A DNA stretch of 49,431 bases. Source: Phoronis australis. Taxonomy: Eukaryota; Animalia; Phoronida. The stretch covers positions 434,522-483,952 of the forward strand of contig NMRA01000349.1 of assembly GCA_002633005.1 (NCBI GenBank), given 5' to 3'. The notes beneath the pieces were generated by a model. It was not told the DNA's origin. It worked only from the letters and a program-made list of their open reading frames with translations, and made no database searches. A program made the translations under genes and the position numbers. Position 1 is the stretch's first letter, and each line of letters starts with the position of its first letter. Shown piece after piece: positions 37,960 to 48,094 of this stretch.

Positions 37960-40088
37960 TGGCGTCCAAGATTCTAATCAATTCTTGTGACGCTACAACA
38001 CTGTTGGGCCTTCCGGGTATGACTACTGATGTTGCTGCTGCAGTTATGGACTTCAGAGCAATATTAGCTATTACTCCGGAGAATGTGTGCAAGATACATT
38101 CCAGTTGGAAGCCAACCAAGACTGTACAGAAGTCCATAGACTTTACAGTCCCATGCGGTCTGCCAGAAGATTTGGAGGAAGTAGTCAAGGTTTGTGACGA
38201 ATATGGTAAGAAAACCTCATCAATACTTACCTCTAGCCCTGACTATTCATTTTCCAAGTTGGCAGCTAAACTGACTCCGCCGTCAAAGACTGGTAGTGGC
38301 GTTGCTTATGCAAAGTCTCATTCGCATACTAGCATGTCACCTACGCCCTCTGGCTCTGGCACTCATTACCTGTCACGTCTCCCACGCAACCTAATCTTTA
38401 GTGGCAAGTTAGGTACATGGGAGGACTTTCTATGGAAGTTCAGTAATGTTGCCCGAGACAATTTTTGGTCAGGTCAAAAATGTAGAACGGAGCTGGGCAT
38501 GTGCTTGGAAGGTGATGCCTCTCGTTGGTTTTTCAACCATGTTAAAGCTCATCCACACTCAAGTTTCGACCAAATTGTGGATCATATGACCTATCGTTTT
38601 GGGGCAGATGTCGAGTGCAATGAAGTGCACCAACTTAGGTTCCAGTCAGCCAAGCAGACTTCTGACGAGTCCTTAGAACAATGGGCTGACCGTCTTACAA
38701 GTTTATTCTTGTTGGCCTTTCCAGAGGCGAGGGACTCTGATAAAGCTCAGGCGGTTCTTCGGTTCTGTTTAGGTCTACAGGATAGAGAGGTTGCGCAGTT
38801 GGCTATAAACAGTCGACCAAGTACACTCATGGCTGCCTTGAATGCCGCTAGGTGGTTTTCAACAACCAAAGACTTGATGGCTACTTCCAATTCACCGAAG
38901 TCAGTATCTTTTTGTAGAGAAGGGAATATGGAAGGAGATGAAGTTGCTGTTCGCCAAGTAACCAAGAAGCCAGCTCTTAAGTTCATTCCTCGTAGCTCCT
39001 TAGAGTCTCGATTAGATGTTCTTGAGGGTAGGTGCAATGACTTAGATGCGTCGGTTTCATTCCTTATGACTGACAATGCTAAGCTTCATAAGAAGATGGA
39101 TGAGTTAAAGTCTGACCTTTTAGAAAATCGGAGGGAAGTATCAAACAATTTTAACAAGTTGTTTGCAATGTTACAGACACAGTCGCCGAAGCGACCTTCT
39201 CCATCTTCACCAAGAGTTTCACCGAGTTCATCTCTGGGAAGATCTTCTAATCCTCCTCCCAGGTGTTTCAAGTGTGGAAAGCTGGGTCATTATCAGTCGG
39301 CTTGTTGGAATTCTGTTTCAGCTCGTCGAATGAACTTTGACCTCCCTGACAGTAAGAAAGTAGTTGGCCTGTTAGGTTTCTTGAAAAAATCGGTTCAGAA
39401 ATTCATGAAACGTACTAGTTCAACTGAGGCTTTCCTTTCCAAGACAGCTGAGTCATCTACTCAGACTGCTGGTGAGTTCTCTGTACCTTCAACTGAAGAT
39501 GATAGAACTGTATCTAATCCAGTAGATAGTATTGAAGTTTCAGACCCATCAGTTGATAAGATTGCATATGACTCATTGATTACTCAAGATGTTGCAGTTA
39601 CTGTTTCACAGAATGTCCCACTAACTCCAGGGGGGCTGTCTCAGCCTGATTTCATACGAGATGTGGCAGTGAGTAGGAACGTCTGTGTCTCTCCTGCAGC
39701 GTCAATTGGTGAGTCCGTTCCAGAGACCATAAAGATTAAGAAGAGTGCACGTGCATTTCTTCCCAAAGTAGACAAATGTGTTGGAACTAGGCAAGTGATT
39801 ACGAATCCTGACTCCAACCCTACACTGGCTACTCAGTCACTTTCTCCATGTGACCTTGACGAGACAGATTTCGGTCTGTCCGGCATTTTTGCTTCAGATG
39901 GTGCAGATAATGAAAAGTTTGATCTGAAACCTGATGGCTGTTTTATTTATAACAATACAACATCTCCGAATGTTTTAAATATTTCCGCTAAACAGTCCGC
40001 AGATCCTGATTTTTCTTTCATTATTAATCGTGAGGTCACGCAACCAGCAGACCTCATGTTCTGTCCACCATTTGTTAATTTTCTGTAG
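37959..40088 (+). CDS. gag: Retrotransposon Gag-like protein, 709 aa: N-terminal HhH (ComEA-like), capsid, coiled coil, CCHC zinc knuckle, Ser/Thr-rich tail
   Basis: ILINSCDATTLLGLPGM (HhH-like), LPRNLIFSGKLGTWEDFLWKF and FQSAKQTSDESLEQWADRL (capsid/MHR-like), CFKCGKLGHYQSAC (39264-39305). The ORF is uninterrupted. Confidence 0.88.
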   Translation: MASKILINSCDATTLLGLPGMTTDVAAAVMDFRAILAITPENVCKIHSSWKPTKTVQKSIDFTVPCGLPEDLEEVVKVCDEYGKKTSSILTSSPDYSFSKLAAKLTPPSKTGSGVAYAKSHSHTSMSPTPSGSGTHYLSRLPRNLIFSGKLGTWEDFLWKFSNVARDNFWSGQKCRTELGMCLEGDASRWFFNHVKAHPHSSFDQIVDHMTYRFGADVECNEVHQLRFQSAKQTSDESLEQWADRLTSLFLLAFPEARDSDKAQAVLRFCLGLQDREVAQLAINSRPSTLMAALNAARWFSTTKDLMATSNSPKSVSFCREGNMEGDEVAVRQVTKKPALKFIPRSSLESRLDVLEGRCNDLDASVSFLMTDNAKLHKKMDELKSDLLENRREVSNNFNKLFAMLQTQSPKRPSPSSPRVSPSSSLGRSSNPPPRCFKCGKLGHYQSACWNSVSARRMNFDLPDSKKVVGLLGFLKKSVQKFMKRTSSTEAFLSKTAESSTQTAGEFSVPSTEDDRTVSNPVDSIEVSDPSVDKIAYDSLITQDVAVTVSQNVPLTPGGLSQPDFIRDVAVSRNVCVSPAASIGESVPETIKIKKSARAFLPKVDKCVGTRQVITNPDSNPTLATQSLSPCDLDETDFGLSGIFASDGADNEKFDLKPDGCFIYNNTTSPNVLNISAKQSADPDFSFIINREVTQPADLMFCPPFVNFL

Positions 40089-40498
40089 TAGCTTACTGCG
40101 CTACCTTGCTGTTGCTTGTTGTTTTGTGCACTATATGTTTTGTGTTCATTACTTGTTCATATGGTCCAAATGTTAATAGTTTTTTTTAAAATATATAGTA
40201 CAGTAAATTCTTCTTGTTACAAGTTTAATTTTTTTTTGACCATATGTACCTTGTAACTAGTATTTTTCAAATTTTCAAGTATCCCCAGTCATGTACTTTT
40301 GTGAAGTGTTTAGTTTTTTTATTGTAAATCCGGCCACATAGGTTTTAGTTACTCTAGTATTTTTCGTAGTATAGTTCTTATTTTTCATAATGTATATTAG
40401 ACATTGGTCAGTTTATTTTTTACTATTTCATTAGTTAAGGGGGGAGTAAAGGTTGGGTGGTTTTTTTTTATCATTCTTCTATTTAGGGAGGGGAGGAA

Positions 40499-40622
40499 TG
40501 TTGTGAATGTTGGTTTGTGTGGTCTTGTCTATCGTGTTGTCTTGTGTGTTCGTGTTCGTCCGTGGGTTTCCGTCAGTGGCCGGATGTTGTAAGTTCTAGT
40601 TTTGTCACGTGACTGGGGAATC
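40499..40622 (+). repeat. 3' LTR (truncated, 124 bp)
   Basis: 122/124 identical to 37612-37735 and immediately follows the polypurine tract. Confidence 0.88.
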
Positions 40623-40892
40623 AAGAGCTCTCTGTTCGTGTGGCACTGCTGCACGCAGGACGTCTGCGTTTGTGGGTCTTCAACTCAAGCGTGTATTCAA
40701 GCTTTCATATGAGTAAAGGTAAGCTGCACGAGAACCTGTGTATCGATTCACAACACCGTCTTAATCGGTCTATATCCACATCACCTCGCATACGGTAGAC
40801 CTTACCTTGCCGAGAGGTGTCCCGTTAACCTGTGAGGAAGGTGAGAAACGATGCAGCGACGTCAGTGGTTCATTTGCAGAGTGAATGCCACT

Positions 40893-41060
40893 ATGTTGCG
40901 GTGCATCGTTTTCGCTTGTCCGAACTATGCAGCTGCGAGGAAAGCGGGTATATTGTTTTTTCGACTTCCTCGAGAGTTCGAAATGCTTAGGAAGTGGCTC
41001 GCAGTAGAGAAGAATGAAAAATACGCTGTAAATAGCAAGTATGAGGCTGTGTAACATTTC
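40893..41060 (+). pseudogene. THAP zinc-finger remnant (transposase N-terminus)
   Basis: MLRCIVFACPN...FFRLP...RKWL..., then frameshifted RLC-xHF, giving the C2CH THAP signature. Confidence 0.7.
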
Positions 41061-41110
41061 CCACGTCTGTGGCCTGCAGTCGTCAACAGTGCCTGATGAA
41101 TGCCGGCTTA

Positions 41111-41279
41111 CCAAAAAAATATCCATACATTCCGTTCTCTGAGCTTGTTCGCGGCGCCTCTCTAGTATTTCACTGTATTGTATTCCGGTTCGAACTGCTA
41201 GCCTGTGAAACTTAACAATCGACCTGCGAAGTCTTCGTCCGGAGGAGCTCTCGTCTAATTCGTGATTGCGAGTTGCCAT
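41111..41279 (-). pseudogene. Putative first exon of the Kolobok second ORF (KolX / P2X7 ballast-like)
   Basis: MATRNHELDESSS, then frameshifted DEDF...TG*QFEPEY, then SEILERRR, ending TG|GTAAG at a splice donor. Confidence 0.4.
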
Positions 41280-41813
41280 GTTGACGTTGAGCGTTCTGTT
41301 TCAAAATGAATTATTCTCACCCTAACCAATACTTATATAAAACTGAAACGAAGTCTGTCTCATTAAATGCAATTTGTAATGCCTTTGGAGTGCTCGTGAG
41401 TGCAAATGATTTGAGAAGCCAGCAATGAATAAATCATTGCGTTACCGGCTTTAGGTGCAATGAACTAATTGACGGTGCACTGAGGCCGTGTGAGCGCATG
41501 GTAATTCAGTGTTTGCTGATAGAAACTACTGTGAAACAATAACTCGATTTTCTATCCCACGGCCAGGTGTTAGGGGAATCTTTATTTACATTCACCATTA
41601 TTCAAATAATGATTGTCAATGTACAACTTCTGCCCCGACAGTTCTGTGGCCAAAAGGGATTCGTGGTCCCCGACGAGTAAGTAGATTTGTAGTTTCATGG
41701 CTAATTCACCAACATAATCACCTGCACATTACTTCTTTGGCTCACTAGTATAGTATTTTCTTGAGTGGAAGTCTAGTTTCCAGCTTTGGCTGGTTTACAT
41801 TCGTGATGTCTTC

Positions 41814-41923
41814 AGTCCGGCCACGACGGGCCTGATCAGTTTCTGAGCTGCTGTCCGGGATAACGAGTCAGTCCAGCCGCAACGGGCCTGATCGGGCTCC
41901 GAGCCACTGGCCAGGATAACAAG
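41814..41923. repeat. Two diverged ~55-bp tandem units inside the Kolobok element
   Basis: CAGTCC.GCC...ACGGGCCTGATC....GAGC....GGATAAC.AG occurs twice. Confidence 0.6.
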
Positions 41924-43040
41924 CGTTTTGTGTGTTTAGAACTTAAAAAAATCACAAATCTAAACAACACAGATCTAGGTTCTCCTGTCTGTATCTCACG
42001 GAAAAATACTTTGAATTAATCAAATTTATCTCTGAACAGACCCCAAACTCCTGCTACGGACCTTATTGGCCTGCTGAACTTTGTAGGCTACGGTGTGTCC
42101 AAATACCAATAAATCCGTAACAACGAAATAAAACAATTTGTTTTTATAACAACGCGGTGTCTTTTTAAGGGTTTTAAATAGAAGTTTGATGATTTATTGG
42201 TCTTAAACGATGAATTCAAGCAATAAGCTGACACCACTAACCCGTGTTGTGATCTGCTGAACAGACTGCGTGTGAAACCAGTTACGTCATTGGATAATTT
42301 CAACACCTCCGTCTGCCGTCAGGTGTCAGGTAACGCAACCGTACGTGCCGTTATCGAGTAGAACTACTTAATCTAAATTGATACAAGTTGGTTTGTTTTT
42401 TGGGTGGCATGCTCCTTTAAGACACTGGATCATCTCAACAATGATAGAGCCGTCAGAGCGCTAGGGACTAGGGAGTTTCCAATCAGTTGCCATATGAATT
42501 CTTCAGACTTTACCGCTCTTGACTGGTAAAGTGTCAATGTTGGATTTTGCTGTAGCCAAGGGCAAGGTAGCAGTACTGTGCGTAGACAGTGACCATCGTC
42601 TCGAGCTGACTAGATTCATTTATAGGAGCTTCATACGCCAGAAGCTTTTCAGCAAATTATGCCTCATACCTGTGAGTGATATTGGTCCTAGCTCACACTG
42701 ACTAAAACATCAAAGTCACGTCGTTATAAATACCTTGGGAGGCCGTCGATGTATTTAATTCCTTCCAATTTGAAGAAATGCTCTGATTATCAAACTTTTT
42801 CTTTGAGCAGTCCCTTGTTCAGTTCCCAAAATCGGAAACTATGCATTTTTCACTCTGCGGGCAGCAGGTGGTATGATATCATATCTGCTTTATCGCAGTG
42901 ACTTTCCATTCAAAAAGAGCCTCTAAGGGTTTGGAAAAAGAGTGTTTTATGGCTCTTTCGGTAACATATAGTGCTACCTCTGGTACCCTTGCTCAACCGT
43001 GGTGTTTTAAGATATGTTGTTTTGTAAGCATAAATTTTAC

Positions 43041-44242
43041 TTTTTATGCGCCCTCATATTTTAATGCGGGTGTATATTGCAACTCATCTCTGCCTGGGCG
43101 TTCGGCTGCTGTATTTCCTAAATCCTTTGCAGGATTCTAATGAAAATTAGCAGGTGCATTCCTATAAATCTGACGGCGGATGACAACGAATTTCGGACCG
43201 AGCCGACTATCGCTATGTCCCCTATTGACAATTTTAGTTTTGACGTTAACCTCTGTATCTTTAGAGTTCCTTGATGGATTTTCATGAAATTTGTCAAATA
43301 AGTTTCTATTAAAGGAGACGACAACTGCCTTCCCATTTGTGGATGTATTTGATTTATTCTACACCGTCTTGTGGGCATTTTAAATTTTTTTGGGTTCATT
43401 TTGGAGTCTGTCTTTTTTATGGAAAACCGCCCCTGTGGATCATAGTGAAAATTGGCAGATGTGTGTCTGAAGAGAAGACCGCGGATGGCGTTAATTTTCT
43501 TATGGGTTCGTCTACTTTGGCCCCATTAGTGGTGCTTTTGATTTTTGCATCTATTCCTTCATTTCCTTAACTCTTTGTAGGATCTTTGTGAAATTTAGCA
43601 GACGTGTTCTTATGGAGCTGGTAACAGATGCAGACGAGTTTCCTACCTACCGACTACCACTTTGCCCTCTAGTGGCATTTATAATTTTTTTACATTTGTC
43701 TCTGTATCTTTGGAGTTCACTGGTGGATTTTCGTGAAATTTGGCAAATATCCTTCTATTAAGGAGACAACGATGCGGTGTCATTTTATAGATAGCTTTTT
43801 CATTTTTTGAGTTATTTTTTTGACGTATTCTGAGTCACCTAATACTGGTAGCCATTTTCATTATTTTCAATTCGTCTGCCTTTTTATACAACAAACTGTT
43901 CAGAGATTCATCATTAAAATTGGCAGTTGTATTCTTACTCAAAAGATGACTCTCATGCATTTTCATTTGGTCCAACCACTGTTGTTTCCCCTAGTTGCGT
44001 TTGCATCTGTGGCTGTATCTCCCTTGCAAAACCTTTTCAGAGTTTGGCAAGTTTATTACTATTATTCCTATTAACTTAATAACAGATCGTCGAGTTGTAC
44101 TGATCACAATTCCATTTTTCAACCTCGCTTCTGTAATTCTTGATTGATTTTCATGAAATTTTACTGTTCTAGAGACGACACCATTTTTGGACACGTTTGA
44201 CATATATACCGTGCCACCTAATGGCAATATTTATGATACTAG
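43041..44242 (+). mobile_element. Helitron/Helentron-like non-autonomous element with internal ~150-bp satellite units
   Basis: Starts TTTTTATGCGCCC; about 7 copies of a GGATTTTCATGAAATTTGGCA-like motif; ends with a TGCCA-cctaa-TGGCA hairpin and then CTAG|TT. Confidence 0.5.
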
Positions 44243-44290
44243 TTAACAATCGTAGAAATATGCCGTTTGCGGTGCAGCATTTCAATGCGC

Positions 44291-45298
44291 AAGTTTGTTT
44301 AGCAGTTTGGGTATTAAGAGAGAAGTGTAACTGTGCTTCTTTTGACATATGATCGATTTGAAACATTTTAACTATCTTTCAAAGATATAGAATTGACATT
44401 TCCCACATGCATCGGACATGCAAAATCATCTTAAATGAGCTCTTTTGGCTTTTTAAACAATTGTTTCCAAGAGAATTTCTAATGGGGTTCTTCTTTCTGG
44501 GGACTCTTTCGATCACTGCAAAATACCGGTAATCAAATTCAAGGACAACACATGACATCTTTTAATGAAATTCAACCTGTTACAAATTCAAAAAGTAGTA
44601 TATAAAATAGGATGTTTCTTCGGTGATAAAATCAGTGGGTGCCAGACTTAAATATGCAACTCCAAAGTTTAAAGAATATATGACATTTTTCAAAAATAAT
44701 ACAAAAATAAATATTTTGCACCGTGTGGTCTCTAATTGTCTCATCATCGGTTACTGACTTGCATTCAGAAATAGCCAAAGCAAGTGACTGTCTTTCAGTA
44801 NAAGTTTGTTTAGCAGTTTGAGTATTAAGAGAGAAGTGTAACTGTGCTTCTTTTGACATATGATCGATTTGAAACATTTTAACTATCTTTCAAAGATATA
44901 GAATTGACATTTCCCACATGCATCGGACATGCAAAATCATCTTAAATGAGCTCTTTTGGCTTTTTAAACAATTGTTTCCAAGAGAATTTCTAATGGGGTT
45001 CTTCTTTCTGGGCACTCTTTCTGTCACTGCAAAATATCGTTAATCAAATTCAAGGACAACACACAGCATCTTTTAATGAAATTCAACCTGTTACAAATTC
45101 AAAAAGTATTATATAAAATAGGATGTTTCTTCGGTGATAAAATCAGTGGGTGCCAGACTTAAATATGCAACTCCAAAGTTTAAAGAATATATGACATTTT
45201 TCAAAAATAATTACACAAAAATAAATATTTTGCACCGTGTGGTCCCTAATTGTCTCATCATCTGTTATTGACTTGCATTCAGAAATAGCCAATCAGTA
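44291..45298 (+). repeat. Tandem ~0.5 kb duplication joined at a single N (44291-44800 / 44802-45298)
   Basis: Both units begin AAGTTTGTTTAGCAGTTTG and end TCAGTA; a few SNPs and a 16-bp indel. Confidence 0.9.
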
Positions 45299-45688
45299 TT
45301 AGACAAGAAAATTCATGCCACTCACGTCATGAAAATGGTCTTGAGTTTTTAGAAGTGATTTCAATGAGGGCTTCGAAAGGACAGACATTTTTGTTGCTTT
45401 TGAGGTCAGGATCTTAATACATTGGTTGGCTAATCACGGCATGTCATTTTATCGACTGAGCATGGCCTTTAAGAATAACAAATTGTAGAAATCACTTCTC
45501 ACCTGAGTAAAGAACATGTTGAGACCACTTTTATTGTAGTAAGTTGTCTATATCAAAGTATGCTTCTTGGTTGATAGCGGCTCAAAAGAATATATGTACT
45601 GAGCATAGACCGACTACGCGAGGAGTGGACCAAAATCCCTATAATAAAAGTCACCACATTATTTGATTTGAACGCAAAACTTTCTAAG

Positions 45689-48094
45689 CTATAGACTAAT
45701 AGGCTGCAGTTCAGCACAAGTAATTTTGTCTTTCTGGGGTAGTGCATAGTATAACTTTTCACTGAACCATTTGTCACTGGCTTTGACGTACGTCATTGTT
45801 CGTAGGTACGACTTCAGGTCGGGCTGAAGCTTCTTCACCTCAATATCCTCCTTGATAATGATAATGACCTTACCAATTTCATTGTCCATCAGACACGCGT
45901 GCGCAACCTGAAACTCAAACATACACCACTCACTTTGTACAAATGCAGGAGACAATACGATGATTGTACACTGACTGTCATGTACGGCCATTTCAATATT
46001 AGCAGCTGTGCTCACGCCAGGAATAAAGTCTCGGTGATGGAAACACGTGATGTATGGGGGGTCATGGTCAACTTCCAGCAGTTGGATAAGTCTGCGCACC
46101 CACATGGAGTCTTCTTCCGAGTAGGAGATGAAAGCGTCATATTTCTTATTTAGAATTTCGGTCCTGTCGAATGGGTGCCAGTTAAGGCGCGTGAATATCA
46201 ACAATTTCATCTCCATTCTGTAGATGTACATCAGGACCGCTGCAAGCATCAGCACTGCACTAACAGAGGAGACAGTAATAGCTAACGGAATATAGTCTGA
46301 ACATAAAATAATTGCTTTTTTGATGGGCTTCCATTCCTCATCGTCCTTGAAACACATGATACTGTCTGGCTCTTGTACAACTGAGCCTAGTTGTATCAGC
46401 CAATCCCTGAACCACATCGTGTCACACGTACACTCCCAGAGGTTGTCATGAAGTGCCAGCTGTCTGAGACTCTGAACACTCCAGGTTTCTGTGCTCCTTG
46501 GTAAAGTCCTCAACCTATTGCCGTTTAGTTTAAGTGTCGTTATATTTGTTAGTTTGACTAGAGCAATGTCTGACATGGTGCGTAGACCGTTATTGCTCAG
46601 GTCCAATTCAAGAAGCCTGTGAAAATAATCGTGGTCCTTCAGTTCCTCAATTCTGTTATCACTCAGCTGTAGGATTAAGGAACCTTGCGGTAACTTCAGG
46701 GGGAGGTTTGTCAGGTTTCTGGATGCACACCCGACAGTAGTAATGTGTGTTGTCTGGTCACGTTCACATGTACAAGCATTTGGACAGTTATCCATGACTG
46801 TGCAAGTCGACGTTAAGTTCAGTGAAAGCAGCGTTTTTCCAGCAAGATTACGCGGAGTTTTACATGTGAAACCTTCATTATTCTTAAATGATGAAAGCCT
46901 ACCATATAAGTGGGCCTCTTGGAAATGTTCAATTTCACAGTCACATTGGTACGGGTTGTTTTGTGCATTTGTTTGGAAGTTTTTGGGGAAGAAATAGTTA
47001 TTGCTATGATACGGTGGGTATTTCAGCTTGTTTTCTCCTAAGTAGATTTCCAAATCTAAGGGAATCATACGATCTGGGCTCGGTGCTTGTTGTAGATCAA
47101 ACTCTATCAATTCATTTCTGTTAAGATAAAGAAACAGTAGCATAGGGATATTTCCAAAGGTGAACGGCTCAATTTGAGCTATAATGTTATGGCTTAGTTC
47201 CAAAGTTTGTAGGTTTGGCAAATCAGCAAATGTGTTTCTCTTCAAAAGGGAGATTTCATTATATGATAAGTCGAGTGTCAGCAGGTCAGATTGTCTGGGG
47301 AATTTGGGAACTTGAGCAATATTGTTGAATGTAAGACGTAAGTGTTTGACCTGTGTCATGCATACCACATTTGAGATATCTGTTATATAATTGCTGGTGA
47401 GATCGACCGAGTACTTTGCATAAATGTTGCAGAAACATGATGGAACTGTCTTAATAAGGTTATCATTCAGTTTGATAGTATTTAGGAAAAGCCGATGAGC
47501 GAAAAATGGGCACTGTATATCAGTTAGCTTGTTGTTAGACAAATCAATATGGGAGAGGAGGAATTGAGACGTCCGGTGGCGGTACAACGAGTCAGGGATT
47601 TTACTTAATCCATTTGAAATGGTCAACTCTTGAAGTTTTGCAATTCCTTGGATTTCCATTTCTTGAAAGAACTTTTCTCCTCCGTTGTCTTTAAACGTCA
47701 GCACCCTAAGGTCGCTTGATTGAGGGAAGATTATGTTTCTTCCTTGGTTTCTGCTCAAATCACATCCAATTATCGTGAGTTCAAAAGTCTTGCTTAAAAA
47801 GCTGGCATTTGTCCACACAGCGTGAACGTTTTCAACACAAATTATTGAGTAGGATAAGAACATTGGCATTTGTTCATGCCTTAGAACAGAATCGGCTTCT
47901 TCATTGATGTGGAACCCATCTTCTGTGACATCACAGTCTACCACAATGATATTGAAAATTGCACCTAGTACATCATCTGAACTGTTGTTAGTTGTGCAAC
48001 TGCACAACGGAGGGCAGTAGGAGTGGCAGCGTTGTATGATCCACGTGAGGAGTATGGCGACGATAAACTGGCCGTAGCCGATGGTTCTTATCAT
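45689..48094 (-). CDS. Toll-like receptor, multiple-cysteine-cluster (Toll-type), ~801 aa
   Basis: Signal peptide MIRTIGYGQFIVAILLTWIIQRCHS, LRRNT CPPLCSC, LRR array, LRRCT NPYQCDC, second LRRNT CPNACTC, further LRRs, LRRCT NLWECTC, TM IPLAITVSSVSAVLMLAAVLMYIY, TIR with YDAFISYS, HHRDFIPG and SEWCMFEF. Confidence 0.95.
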   Translation of the reverse strand: MIRTIGYGQFIVAILLTWIIQRCHSYCPPLCSCTTNNSSDDVLGAIFNIIVVDCDVTEDGFHINEEADSVLRHEQMPMFLSYSIICVENVHAVWTNASFLSKTFELTIIGCDLSRNQGRNIIFPQSSDLRVLTFKDNGGEKFFQEMEIQGIAKLQELTISNGLSKIPDSLYRHRTSQFLLSHIDLSNNKLTDIQCPFFAHRLFLNTIKLNDNLIKTVPSCFCNIYAKYSVDLTSNYITDISNVVCMTQVKHLRLTFNNIAQVPKFPRQSDLLTLDLSYNEISLLKRNTFADLPNLQTLELSHNIIAQIEPFTFGNIPMLLFLYLNRNELIEFDLQQAPSPDRMIPLDLEIYLGENKLKYPPYHSNNYFFPKNFQTNAQNNPYQCDCEIEHFQEAHLYGRLSSFKNNEGFTCKTPRNLAGKTLLSLNLTSTCTVMDNCPNACTCERDQTTHITTVGCASRNLTNLPLKLPQGSLILQLSDNRIEELKDHDYFHRLLELDLSNNGLRTMSDIALVKLTNITTLKLNGNRLRTLPRSTETWSVQSLRQLALHDNLWECTCDTMWFRDWLIQLGSVVQEPDSIMCFKDDEEWKPIKKAIILCSDYIPLAITVSSVSAVLMLAAVLMYIYRMEMKLLIFTRLNWHPFDRTEILNKKYDAFISYSEEDSMWVRRLIQLLEVDHDPPYITCFHHRDFIPGVSTAANIEMAVHDSQCTIIVLSPAFVQSEWCMFEFQVAHACLMDNEIGKVIIIIKEDIEVKKLQPDLKSYLRTMTYVKASDKWFSEKLYYALPQKDKITCAELQPISL

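Larger units (their letters stand above)
37612..40622 (+). mobile_element. Non-autonomous Gypsy-like LTR retrotransposon (Gag only; 3' LTR truncated)
   Basis: 5' LTR TGTTGTG...CATAACA, PBS-like TGGCGTCCAA at 37960, polypurine tract AGGGAGGGGAGGAA at 40485-40498, then the 3' LTR starting TG. Confidence 0.88.
37573..42416 (+). mobile_element. Kolobok-type DNA transposon (internally deleted) hosting a nested LTR element
   Basis: TTAA|AGGAGAATGCCACCC...GGGTGGCATGCTCCT|TTAA: 14/15 TIR match, TTAA target duplication, AG..CT ends. Contains a THAP remnant. Confidence 0.8.

Noticed and set aside
37959-40088. Domesticated Gag gene (Arc/PNMA-like)
   Set aside because: Still flanked by near-identical LTR sequences with PBS-like and polypurine signals, indicating a recent insertion.
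44291-45298. Real tandem duplication downstream of the TLR
   Set aside because: Units meet exactly at a single N, as at 8824 and 30965; most likely allelic contig overlap.
29918-45689. Functional linkage of the methyltransferase array with the TLR as an immune cluster
   Set aside because: Only proximity across about 16 kb of transposon debris; no shared regulatory evidence in the sequence.
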